Origin: Macrostomum lignano
Lineage: Eukaryota
Reading direction: 5' to 3'
Length of the DNA stretch: 64,000 bases
Assembly: GCA_002269645.1 (NCBI GenBank)
Contig: NIVC01000181.1
Span: forward strand, 733,114-797,113
The stretch's first letter is position 1. Each line of letters starts with the position of its first letter. This document shows, piece after piece, positions 14,481 through 26,364 of this stretch. The notes under the pieces are model-generated. The model was not told the origin of the DNA. It saw nothing but the letters and a program-made list of their open reading frames with translations, and did no database searches. The position numbers and the translations under genes were made by a program.

Positions 14481-15479
14481 GATCTGGCTAGTTGGGTAAC
14501 TGTTTACTGATTCTTTAGACTCTCTAGATTCTCAATGCTAAAGTCTAACGCAGTAATTATTATTATTGCATTTGCAGCAACGCCACCATGATATATTTCA
14601 CTATAATTATCAGATACACGTAAATTTCTGATTCAATTAATTACTTATTACTTATGCGCATTCAGACACAGTAGAAGTATTTACAAAATGTCAGCATTAC
14701 AACGGCCAATAAATAATCAATTGAGATCACACAAGATTTGTCTAATCATGTTAGATTATTAATTGACCCGGTAATGCATAAAATAGTGGGACAATTAGAT
14801 TTTGAATTTCGCAATAACAATAATAATCAAACCGATCTACCCCAGAGAGAGCAAAGTTTGCAATAATACAGGAATTGAGTGCAATAAATCAATAAAAGCA
14901 TTAAACCATTTAGCAATTAAGTTCTGGTAGTAAATAGCCGTCTCCAATGTCAACAGTGGTTGCTATGCACTATTTGGATGCGTTAACTGAAGACTCAAAA
15001 GCAGATGATATATGGATAACTATAAAAAGGATGTCTATTTACAAGGGTTTAGTTGCGGTCCAAATTCTCTAAAACTATATACCCGTTAAAATTGCTAAAT
15101 TCATTCCGAAAAAGCAAACAAAAGCGCATGTGACAATTTTTTTATCGGCTAGACAGTGAAAGTCCTTGAAGTACATTCTAATTTTATTCAGAGTCAGCGC
15201 AGGTTCGATTTAGTGGAGATCAATCTAGAGAGATAAATAAGGTCAAATAAGGTCAAGAGCAATGCTATAAGGGCGAATTCTCATAAATCATAGGTCAGGT
15301 ACTTCAATTTCAAAACAATTTCAAAAGCAATCCACGAAGAGAAAAAATGATCAATTTTTTTAGCAAACTCATTGCCTCAAATAAAACGCAGTCACTGATT
15401 GTTTATCGAAAAAATGAAATTTAACTGCATTAAAGTGTATTTCTTCAGACACAATCTGGTCTGCAATTAATTTAGACCT

Positions 15480-16410
15480 GCCATACTCGTAACTCGTTAA
15501 CACTCGTAACTACTAGTAACTCGTAAATACTCGTATCTAATCGCAACTCGTAACTACTCGTAACTACTAGTAACTTGTAAATACTCGTATCTAATCGCAA
15601 CTCGTAACTACTAGTAACTTGAAATACTCGTATCTAATCGCAACTCGTAAATACTCGTTACTACTAGTAACTTGTAAATACTCGTATCTAATCGCAACTC
15701 GTAAATACTCGTAACTACTAGTAACTTGTAAATACTCGTATCTAATCGCAACTCGTAAATACTCGTAACTACTAGTAACTTGAAATACTCGTATCTAATC
15801 GCAACTCGTAAATACTCGTACCTAATCGCAACTCGTAAATACTCGTAACTACTAGTAACTTGTAAATACTCGTATCTAATCGCAACTCGTAAATACTCGT
15901 AACTACTAGTAACTTGTAAATACTCGTAACTACTAGTAACTTGTAAATACTCGTACCTAATCGTAACTTGTAAATACTCGTACCTAATCGTAACTCGTAA
16001 ATAATCGTAACTACTAGTAACTCGTAAATACTCGTATCTAATCGCAACTCGTAAATACTCGTAACTACTAGTAACTTGAAATACTCGTATCTAATCGCAA
16101 CTCGTAAATACTCGTAACTACTAGTAACTTGTAAATACTCGTACATAATCGTAACTCGTAAATACTCGTAACTACTAGTAACTTGTAAAGACTCGTATCT
16201 AATCGCAACTCGTAAATACTCGTAACTGCTAGTAACTCGTAAATACTCGTACCTAATCGTAACTCGTAAATACGCGTAACTACTAGTAACTTGTAAATAC
16301 TCGTACCTAATCGCAACTCGTAATACTCGTAACTAATAGTAACTTGTAGATACTCGTAACTAATTGTAACTTGTAAATACCCGTAACTAATGGTAACTCG
16401 TAAATGCCTA
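15480..16410. repeat. ~54-bp composite minisatellite built from ACTCGTA-like subunits
   Basis: Tandem array; 18-aa period in the minus-strand ORFs. Confidence 0.93.
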
Positions 16411-16623
16411 AAGCTCATAGGTCATAAATTTGACTGACCAGACTGTCTTGACTTAACACTTCGCAATGTACACACAGAGGTTTAATCTTGCACAGATAAC
16501 GAAACGTATTGAGTAAATTTTTCCTACTATGGAAAAGATGATTAATAATCAATCAATAATAAATTTTTAAGCTAAAATGAAGCCATTGAAAGACACGATT
16601 CTCATATTGGGAAGCCGCAATCT

Positions 16624-19600
16624 CTACTTCAGCTGCTGCTGTTGTTGCTGCGGGGCGCTCAGCATCACAGCCCGGAGGTCGTCAGGCATGCTGGCAATCA
16701 CGGCGTCTAACTGAAACTGCAGCTGGTCCAGGCGTTCCACCGACAGCGGAATCTGGCCACGATGCCCCCTACGAAGGCGTTCGCGCAGCTTAAGCACCAG
16801 GTCAACAATTTCCACCTCGGCCCGGCCCTGCGACCAGCGCAGCAGGTCAACGCCGCACAGCGCCTCGGCGTGCAGAGCCTCCAGCTGGGCGTGCGCCTCC
16901 GACTGGCGCTGGGACAGCCACTGGGCAAAGTTAGGCGAGGCCAGGAATCTCTGGTACAGGCCCGGCCAATCGCCGCGGACCATGCTAGTCAGCTGCGGCC
17001 CGGACGAGCCCAGGGAGCGAAGGAATTCGTCCGAGTTGAACGAACGCATCAGCGGGACGGCTTTGAATGGCGAGATGCTCTTTTGTAGAGGCATCAGGCT
17101 GGCCACGTAGCGCTCCTGGGGTGCGTGGGGAGGCGTGCTTTTGCTTCAAATCTTGGGCATCTGCGATGCTGGATCTTCATCATGAGGATCCCCATGACAT
17201 CTATGAGCTCCTCATCATGGGAATCTGGAACTGGGATGCTGTTGCTGGCTCTTCATCATGGGAATCTGGAACTTGGATGCAATTGCTGGCGCCTCATCAT
17301 GGGAATCTGGAACTGGGATGCTATTGCTGGCTCCTCATCATGGGAATCTGGAACTGGGATGCTATTGCTGGCGCCTCATCATGTGAATCTGGAACTGGGA
17401 TGCTATTGCTGGCTCCTCATTATGGGAATCTGGGACTGGGATGCTATTGCTGGCTCCTCATCATGGGAATCTGGAACTTGGATGCTATTGCTGACTCCTC
17501 ATCATGGGAATCTGGAACTGGGATGCTATTGATGGCTCCTCATCGTGGGAGTATACTGGGACTTGAGAAGCCTTTAACAAAAGGCAACTCACCAAAGGAA
17601 TCATAAACGAGTGGGTCAGCTCGGCGAACTGCCTCCTAATGATAACCGACTGAGCCTCGATCTGGCGGCCGCGTTGCACGCCCTGGCGAAATAAAATAAA
17701 ATAAATTTTGCCTCATTTGACTACTGAAAGTAGCAATGAATGAACAGAATTTCACAATTCAAACCTTGTTAATCCTTTTCAGGACGGATTTGTCGGGTAC
17801 AAGATACGGAGTGTACTTTGAATAAATGCCAGGCTTGAAGTCCAGACTTTTCAGACTGGACGACTTTCGCTTCACCTTGAGTTCCTTGTCTGTGGCTGAA
17901 AGTGGAACAGGGTAGGGACAAGGCCTGTCTGAGGATCTGGGAGGCTGGCCCAGCAACTGAGGATCTGGGAGGCTGGCCCAGCAACTAAGGATCTGTGAGG
18001 CTGGCCCGGCAACTGAGAATCTGGGGAGCTGGCTGGCCTGGCAACTGATGATCTGGGAGGCTGGCTCAGCAACTGAGGATCTGTGAGGCTGGCCCGGCAA
18101 CTGAGGATCTGGGGAGCTGGCTGGCCTGGCAACTGAGGATCTGGGGAGCTGGCTGGCCTGGCAACTGAGGATCTGGGAGGCTAGCTCAGCAACTGAGGAT
18201 CTGGGAGGCTGGCCCGGCAACTGAGGATCTGGGAGGCTGGCCCAGCAACTGAGGATCTGGGAGGCTGGCCCAGCAACTGAGGATCTGGGAGGCTGGCCCA
18301 GCAACAGAGGATCTGGGAGGCTGGCTAGCCCGGCAACTGAGGATCTGGGAGGCTGGCCCAGCAACTGAGGATCTGGGCAGCTGGCCCAGCAACTGAGGAT
18401 CTGGGAGGCTGGACCAGCAACTGAGGATCTGGGAGGCTGGCTAGCCCGGCAACTGAGGATCTGGGAGGCTGGCTAGCCCGGCAACTGAGGATCTGGGAGG
18501 CTGGCCCAGCAACTGAGGATCTGGGAGGCTGGCCCAGCAACTGAGGATCTGAGAGGCTGGCCCAGCAACTGAGGATCTGGGAGGCTGGCCCAGCAACTGA
18601 GGATCTGGGAGGGCGGCTCCTTTTAAGATGGAGCTGACATGCAGCTCAAACGAAGATCTTACGCATAGCAGCTCCAATCTTGACAATGTGAGGCCAGTGC
18701 TGCAGCGCCTTGGCAAAGAACGGATTCGTAACGCCAAGCATTACGGAAGGTCTGCAAAAAAAATTGATAAGATCAAACTAAAGTTCAATGCTTAGTATGC
18801 CGGTATTAAAAATATTGAGCAAACATCAGAGTTATTGCACTTAGCTTTTGTAAAATTGCACAATGAGTCCAATAAATACACAATACGTACTGGTGAATCA
18901 AGATAAGCAAAAAAAACTTGAGCAGAATTAACACCATAAAAAGTAATAACGAGCTGTAATGAATTGAATAGTAACGACCTGCAGTTATCATATTAAGTCT
19001 TACAGTTTTCGAAAGGAGTTGCTCTTAGCACTAAAAAATTTAATTGGCAACACAAATAGGCATTCAAATGTGACATATAGACTACTAGAGTGAGTAGCAA
19101 GATTAGCAAAGCACTCACGGAGATTGCGATTTGGCTGTGAACTCCTTGAACTCGCAGTCGTGTATAGTAAAGTACGGCCTATAGTCTGTAGCATACCGCA
19201 ATGGGAAAATGCAATTCACCAGAGCCTGCACCAGGTTGGAGCACGTGTCCGGATCCGGGCCCATCACAATCAGTGGAGCGTTAAGCAGCACCAGTTCCCA
19301 TAGCAACTGGGCGTGTGGCAGCACCGGGGCGAGTGCGTTGAACAGGTTAACCTCGTGTACAGTGGGCAGCACCCGGTCTGGCGCGGGGCTAGTCACCAGC
19401 GTCACCTCCTCGGAGGCTGCAGCCGATGCTGTTGGTACGCGATCGTTGGCTGCGGGGATCCGGACCTGATAGTGACCATCAGAAATGATCATAATCGTTT
19501 TGACAGTTTATCTATGCCAAACTGCTCATCTGTGATACAGTTTATCCATGTCAAACTGCTCATCTGTGATACAGTTTATCCATGTCAAACTGCTCATTTG

Positions 19601-21487
19601 TGATACAGTTTATCTATGCCAAACTGCTCATCTGTGATACAGTTTATCCATGTCAAACTGCTCATTTGTGATACAGTTTATCTATGCCAAACTGCTCATC
19701 TGTGATACAGTTTATCCATGTCAAACTGCTCATTTGTGATACAGTTTATCCATGCCAAACTGCTCATCTGTGATACAGTTTATCCATGTCAAACTGCTCA
19801 TTTGTGATACAGTTTATCTATGCCAAACTGCTCATCTGTGATACAGTTTATCCATGTCAAACTGCTCATTTGTGATACAGTTTATCTATGCCAAACTGCT
19901 CATCTGTGATACAGTTTATCCATGTCAAACTGCTCATTTGTGATACAGTTTATCTATGCCAAACTGCTCATCTGTGATACAGTTTATCCATGTCAAACTG
20001 CTCATTTGTGATACAGTTTATCTATGTCAAACTGCTCATTTGTGATACAGTTTATCTATGCCAAACTGCTCATTTGTGATACAGTTTATCTATGCCAAAC
20101 TGCTCATTTGTGACACAGATATAAAACTAATAACTGGATTAATTAATAGACCCTTTATTGCTGAAAACCGAAGGAAAGCATCATGGAATATAACGGTGTT
20201 GCTCACTCACCTGCAGCACAGAGCCCAGTATAGGCAGATGGAGCACCTGGCCAGGCACCGGAGCCGGCCACTGGTCAATATCGTGACAGACAGCCTCTAG
20301 GAAAGCTGGCCCGTTAAGGAAAAACTCTGGCGACATCAATTGCAACAGGTGCCTGTAGAGTGCCACGTAAGGTAGGCGGCTCATTAGCACTACCGACTTC
20401 TGAAAGTAGCCGCGTCTGATGCTGGCGTCCTTCACCTGAGGAGAATTGGGACTTGTTTTAAATAGCTATTTTCTATACAGACAGACAAAGTAGATAGACA
20501 ATGTAGATTAGTATAAGTAGACCAAGTAGATGGGTCTAAGTAGACAGAGTAGATCAGTCTAAGTGGACAGAGTAGATCAGTCTAAGTAGACAAATTAGAT
20601 TAGTCTGAGTTAAATGTAGATTAGTATAAGTAAACCAAGTAGATTGGACAAAGTAGACAGAGTAGATCAGTCTAAATAGACAAATTAGATTAGTATAAGT
20701 AGACAAAGAAGATTAGTCAAAGTAAACAAAGTAGATTAGCCTAAGTAGACAATGTAGATTAGTCAAGTAGACAAAGTAGATTACTCTATGTAGACAAAGT
20801 AGATCAGTCTAAGTAGACAAAGTAGATTAGTCTGAGTAGACAAAGAAGATTAGTCAAAGTAGACAATGTAGATTAGTCAAGTAGACAAAGTAGATTAGTT
20901 TAAGTAGACAAAGTAGATTAGCCTAAGTAGACAATGTAGATTAGTCAAGTAGACAAAGTAGATCAAAACGTATAAGTAGACAAAGTAGACACAGTGTACT
21001 AAGGTAGACAAGGACTGGAAATAGACAAACCAACCTGGCGAAAGTAGACAAAGCCGAACAGATATCCGGGGCAGCTGTGCAGATAGCTGGGCGCCAGGCG
21101 CTCCGTGTTAGACTGCCTGCCGGCGCCCTGGGCGCGCTGCCGATAGGACCGCCTGGGCCCGGCGCCCCCGACGCAGCCTCCGCCGCTAATGAGGCACTGC
21201 TCCCTAATGCGAAAGTGATACTGAGTATCGCCCATACAGCCGCTATTAGAGTCCGGGAAGGCCAGATAACACACAGAGGTCTTCTCCGCATCTGACAGAG
21301 TAATATGAGCCGGATACATCAGCTCCATAGCTTGGCCCAGTTCCAAATCGAATGTCACCGTGCAGATGCAGTGCACCCAGTTGTGAAATTTATCCCATGG
21401 TAGAGTTGTCGGTGTCGGAGGCTGAGACTGATGGGGCTGCTGCTGATGCTGCTGCTCAGCTGGCTTGGTGCCGAGGCTGGCGGACAT
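16624..21487 (-). CDS. DENND6: DENN domain protein 6 (Rab14-GEF family); exons 21487-21035, 20435-20211, 19465-19119, 18751-18663, 17895-17765, 17682-17593, 17115-16624 (608 aa)
   Basis: [81 protein letters not shown] and [11 protein letters not shown] match the DENND6/FAM116 family. All six introns are GT-AG with consistent phases; total 1827 nt. Confidence 0.95.
17165..17545. repeat. 41-bp minisatellite in DENND6 intron 6
   Basis: CTCCTCATCATGGGAATCTGGAACTGGGATGCTATTGCTGG repeats. Confidence 0.92.
17930..18610. repeat. 28-bp minisatellite GGCCCAGCAACTGAGGATCTGGGAGGCT in DENND6 intron 4
   Basis: Directly visible. Confidence 0.95.
19505..20115. repeat. 34-bp minisatellite in DENND6 intron 2
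   Basis: TGTGATACAGTTTATCYATGYCAAACTGCTCATY repeats. Confidence 0.95.
20480..21000. repeat. ~23-bp degenerate minisatellite AAGTAGACAAAGTAGATTAGTCT in DENND6 intron 1
   Basis: Directly visible. Confidence 0.9.
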
Positions 21488-22019
21488 GCCCTACTGACTG
21501 CTTGGAACTGAAGCAGGAGTATTCAATGCGCTAATGTTAGTAGCAAGTTTATCAAGCTTGACTCCACCATGGAGGCTCCGCATTAGCCATGCAAGCTTTC
21601 TGACACAAAATATCAAAAATGAGATGACTAATGTTGATTCTATAACTGATCTAATTGGGTCCACAAGGCCACAAGGAATTTCCATGGAGATCAGATGGAA
21701 TTGCTAATGTTAGCATCAATATAATGTTTAACAGAACTAATATATTATAAAAAACATTCTTTAAGATTTTATTACATGTCTAAATTCTGTAATAAAATTC
21801 TAGGCCCTGAAAATTTAGAAATTTAAGTAATAAGGCATAACAAGGAAATTATAAATATACATCAATTTTGGGACTAAAAAATTCAAACTCTGGCAAATAT
21901 AGCAATAGACCATGCCTTCAAGGATTGACAGCTCTTTAAGGCCATTTGGAAGAAGTATAAATAAATATATTCTTCAAGGATTGGAGAAGAGGCTTAGAGC
22001 TATACTATTAATAAAATTC

Positions 22020-22250
22020 CAATTTCAAGACTTATTGGCTGAATATGACTCATCCTGCCACCTTCTCTCCCAGTGTGTGACTGACTGGCGATGAAATGTG
22101 GATCCACAACACAATCCAGAATCCAAGCAGGAGCCCAAGCACTGACTGTTAGTTGGAACACCGGCTGCTTTGAAGGCAAGGACTGCATGCAGTGCCAGCA
22201 AGTTTATTCTGACAGTCTTTCATGCACAAGCAGACTGTATCAGGCATCTG
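22020..22250 (+). mobile_element. Decayed mariner transposase fragment
   Basis: Translates, allowing two small indels, as LLAEYDSSCHLLSQCVTGDEMWIH-NPESKQEPKH*LLVGTPAALKARTACSASKFILTVF, matching the mariner motif IVTGDETWIHHYxPESKQQSxQW...SAGKVMxTVFWD. Confidence 0.7.
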
Positions 22251-23789
22251 TTATGCTGACTTGATTGCTTGCTTCAAACTACAAATACTTCTAATGTGAG
22301 GGTTTCTTGACATATTTAGTCAGATATTCAAAACAATCTTCTGTAACTTTTAACAAAATTGACCTGCTTCAACCATGCTGGGCCAGCCTCTCAGATCCTC
22401 AGTTTCTGGGCCAGCCTCCCAGATCCCCTATTTTTAGCAAATTTGTTAGGTGTCAAATAAGCCTTAATTTATTTACTGAAGTAAAAATCTTTCTGAGAAA
22501 AATCAATTCAAAAATGGCTTAGCAACACACTGATAAGACATTGCTTTATCATTGACTGAAATAGTTCTTTTTGTAGCAACCTAAAAGCAGATGCTAGATT
22601 TAAAATGTTTCAATTTATTTTTTATGCACGTCTCAGCTTTAAAATGATGCCTCAGCCACTACAAAAGACTGCACTGATGCTAAGCTATTTGACATTAAAC
22701 ATTGCTTTACATCAACTCATATTCAGAAACTTTACAGATTTATATCAATATTTGTTTAGCTTGTCCCTGTTTTTCTATTAGAATATTGCAAATTTTTAGT
22801 CATGTCTATATGCATGTCTCAGCTTTAAAAATGATAGCTTTGAAAAGATTACTTTTTAGCTTATAAATCACTTGGATAACCATTCTATTTTGGCTAAAAA
22901 GATAGAATAGCTGTGTTGGATTTGGAGTGCCTGCGTACCGACCCTCTGCTATCTATAGTGTCATCAGTGTACACTTGGTGGTCCCTGTCTCAGAGTGTGG
23001 TGGGGTGGGGTTTATGTGCATAAGGCATTGATGAGTCAGAGAGTTGGAGAGAGAAGATCGATTTGATTTAATATATAAGCAATAATTTAGCCATAGGGCT
23101 TATTTACCTGTTTTTTGTTAGAGTCTAACCCTCAGATTTATTACACTTGATTATTTCTTTAACAATAGCAAAGACAATACATTCTAAAATGTGCTTAGGG
23201 AAAATTCTAGAAAAATGCTAAATTCCTATATTGTTAATATTAATGTAATGGATTAACACTTATCAGCAATTTAGACCTAAGGGATAAAATGCTAAAAATT
23301 ATTAGGCTTTAATATTAGGCTAGGCAGAGATTATTTAAATAAAAGGTTATAAAAAATAATAATAATATTTCTATTTTTTATAAGAAACTTCTATCAATCC
23401 CCATTAAGAATCTCCCTACCTTTAAAACCCTATTTATTCTCTATTCCATGCCCCAATGGTTGGCTTTAAGCTATATATAGGCCAAGGACTTCTAGATAAT
23501 AAGAACTAGATGGGAAGTCTGTGTTGAAAAAGGCAGCTAACTGTACCAGAGGTGGCCTAAAAAATGAACACATTTTCCTCTCATTTTGTCTTTGGACCCC
23601 TCTAATTAAGAAATGTTTTTCAATCCTACCAAGGCTAATGAGCTAAAGACAAAGGCCCCACAAAGAACCCCACCCCCCCCCAATATACAGACCCCCAAAG
23701 ATAGCTGCTAGATGCTATCATGCAGGGATACACAGAAAGCTAAGGAATAAGGGACAAGAAGAAAAGAAAGCAAAGAAATGAGAAGACAG

Positions 23790-23846
23790 CATAGACCATT
23801 TAGAGGCCCTCTATGGAGCAATCTTCTAAAGTCTAAATGGTCTATG
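23790..23846. mobile_element. 57-bp mini DNA transposon with 15-bp TIRs and 8-bp TSD (P-like)
   Basis: CATAGACCATTTAGA (23790-23804) and TCTAAATGGTCTATG (23832-23846) are perfect inverted repeats, flanked on both sides by GAAGACAG (23782-23789 and 23847-23854). Confidence 0.85.
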
Positions 23847-24120
23847 GAAGACAGTTTGTACATATAAGGAACTCTATATTTGGTATCCCTCTATAAAATT
23901 ATATGTAAGTAAAGCCTCCCTCTTGGTAAAAAGTACAGGGCTCTTTATCTGTCTTGTTTGACATTGGGCCATACATTAGTATAGGGAAAAAGTGCTTTAA
24001 CTTATTATATATATACTAAGTAGGGTTTGACACTTATCCAATACCAGTTCCCCCCATTTTGAGGGGTAAAGACACAAGGCCTCTAAGACTTACTACATAA
24101 GTATACCTGTCTCTCTGGCC

Positions 24121-25485
24121 CATAGATTTTTTTAAACAATATACTGATTCATATGTAACAAGCCTTGTAAGCTTATTGCATCTCAATATAGTCTACAATT
24201 GCTTTGCTTTCAGCTACAGAAGTGGGTATACGACAGAACCTCAATCAGAAATAAAAGTTACTTTTCATAAGTTTCCAAGAGATGAAAAGCTCAAGTCCAA
24301 ATAGGTTTAGGCCAACCTAAGATGGGGATTTGTGCCAACAAAGCATGCCCAAATATGCTCTCTAAACTTTGCTCTAGCTGATTTTATTGAGGAGCAATGC
24401 AACACCAATGCAAGGAGGATGAAAAAGCATGCATCTAGCCAGCTTGTCCACAGGTATATAAAGTAAGGCGCTATACCTTCCAGCTTTCCCAATGCACCAG
24501 CCTATCTATCATCAAACATAGCAATATCTCAACAAACTAATGTGAGAGCTGTAGCCTCTGGTTGATTGGAGAAGGAAGCTAAACAACTAGAAGCTTAAGC
24601 CAAGGTCTTTAAGGCTGAAGATTGGATTGACTCTCTACCTTTGGAAGAAGTAAGACTGGCCTTTTGCTAAAAGAATCTTTCCAGAAGGATTCCAATTATC
24701 ATTGAGTGCTAGTATGTTTTTTGCTTATGTTTTTATCTATTTGCTTAGCATAATTAACAGTGTGCTCCAAGTGACTATGTTAGTAATTATCAACCCAGAT
24801 TTATCTAGTGCACAATTCCAAGATATTGTACCAGGCCAGCTTAATTACATGTTTGCGGCTCTTTAATCTCATGGCTTGACTGTAATCATGGCATAGCAAT
24901 CAGACTTCAGGATCTGGCAACACTGATCCTTGGAGGCAACCATTAGAAATATAAAAGACTACATCTTTTTCGTAAGTGGTTATATTGTGATCAACTACTT
25001 CATTTACAAGGTGCAAATTTTGCTCTGAATTTCTCACTGACTTAGAAAATTTTCCATTGGTGACTAACAATTCCAACTTGTGTTCATCTATTTTCCAGGA
25101 TAGCATTGACAAGGGTGGCCTTGTGAAGCCATTGGACTTTTTTTTAATCTAGCAGCTCATTGTTAGAAAGTCTTTTGGGAGACTTAGGCCAACTATAATC
25201 TTAAGAAGCAGTTTTTGCAATTGTCTTGCCAATGCTTCCTGTTCAACAAGATCATTGATTGCTATACCTTCAATGAGGAGCATATGCTTTAGTATTTGAC
25301 ATCAGCATGTTCAGATCTGACCACGATTTGTAGAGCCACATTGTTGGCTTTTCAACGGCTTTGCAAAGAACTTTGTCAAGGAGATGAACAACCAACACAA
25401 TATAGTCAACTTCTGGGCCACAGAAGTGCAAAATTGCTAAGCTATCAGGTTCAACAATGTGAGATGCATCTGCACTTTAAACTGT
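24121..25485 (+). pseudogene. Degenerate THAP-domain / P-element-type transposase relic, apparently internally deleted
   Basis: From 24188 one frame reads (M>I)VYNCFAF(G>S)(C>Y)RSGY...KVTFHKFPRDEKLKSK(W>*)...PTKHAQICSLNF...GAIPSSFPNAPAYLS, a THAP C2CH domain. From ~24960: YIFFVSGYIV...RCKFC...IDKGGLVKP, typical of P/THAP9 transposase C-termini. Candidate left end CATAGA at 24121. Confidence 0.75.
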
Positions 25486-26266
25486 AAGTAGAAAATTTTT
25501 TGGGTATATTTATCCTTTAATAGAGCCAGCCCAAAATGATTTTTGCTACCACTTTGAAACCTGAAAGTGATCCAAAATTTTAAAGCCAACAAAGCAATCA
25601 AGCATGCAATTGAGATATAGTTTATATTTCATTCATATTTGTTTGAAATATTGTTCGAATGTCATCATTCATTAAGCATATTTAGAGCTTCAAGTTCAAT
25701 TAAGTTTTAGCTTCTCAGTCACAATGAGTCCCTTAGCACTGAAGACAGTAAAGATACATTTAATTTCATTTGTCAATATAAAGCTGTGCACAAGACTAGG
25801 CTTTTGGTTTTGGTGTTTGGGGGTTGCCATTGTCAACTTTGGGGTTTGGAGTCAAATAATAAAAGGAAAGGGTGATCAGTGGAGCCCACAAGTTTAGGTG
25901 GCAAGCAAACCTATAAAACTCTATTGTGAAGAGAGAGAAAAAGGGTTTAAAGTGGCAAACATTGAAGGCCTGGGAGAGAAAGGAAGAAGGGTGGCTAAAG
26001 TGACAAACATACAGAGAAGGAGAAAGAGTTAAATGGGGCCAGATTTAGATTTGCCTCTTGTTTTCTATATTAATTTTATGGGCTTATTATTGATTTATAT
26101 AGATTGATGCATTAACTGTGACTAAGAGTCTAGACTCAGTGTTAAGGTGATGATTTCACTGCTTAGCTAATACACAGGGAAAGGCACCAATAATAAAACC
26201 AATTGATTCTTGGCACAGCCCTAGCTATCTGCTTACTGTTAAAACTGTTATGTATACTTAGCCCAA

Positions 26267-26364
26267 GCCCAACCCCAGGGCTTGGGGAGCCCAACCCCAG
26301 GGCTTGGGGAGCCCAACCCCAGGGCTTGGGGAGCCCAACCCCAGGGCTTGGGGAGCCCAACCCT
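26267..26364. repeat. 22-bp tandem repeat GCCCAACCCCAGGGCTTGGGGA (4 copies plus a partial)
   Basis: Directly visible. Confidence 0.9.

Noticed and set aside
3590-20115. Regularly spaced repeats as CRISPR arrays
   Set aside because: Head-to-tail units without unique spacers, no cas genes, eukaryotic context.
24900-25112. Minus-strand 70-aa ORF
   Set aside because: Antisense to the transposase relic, whose motifs read on the plus strand.
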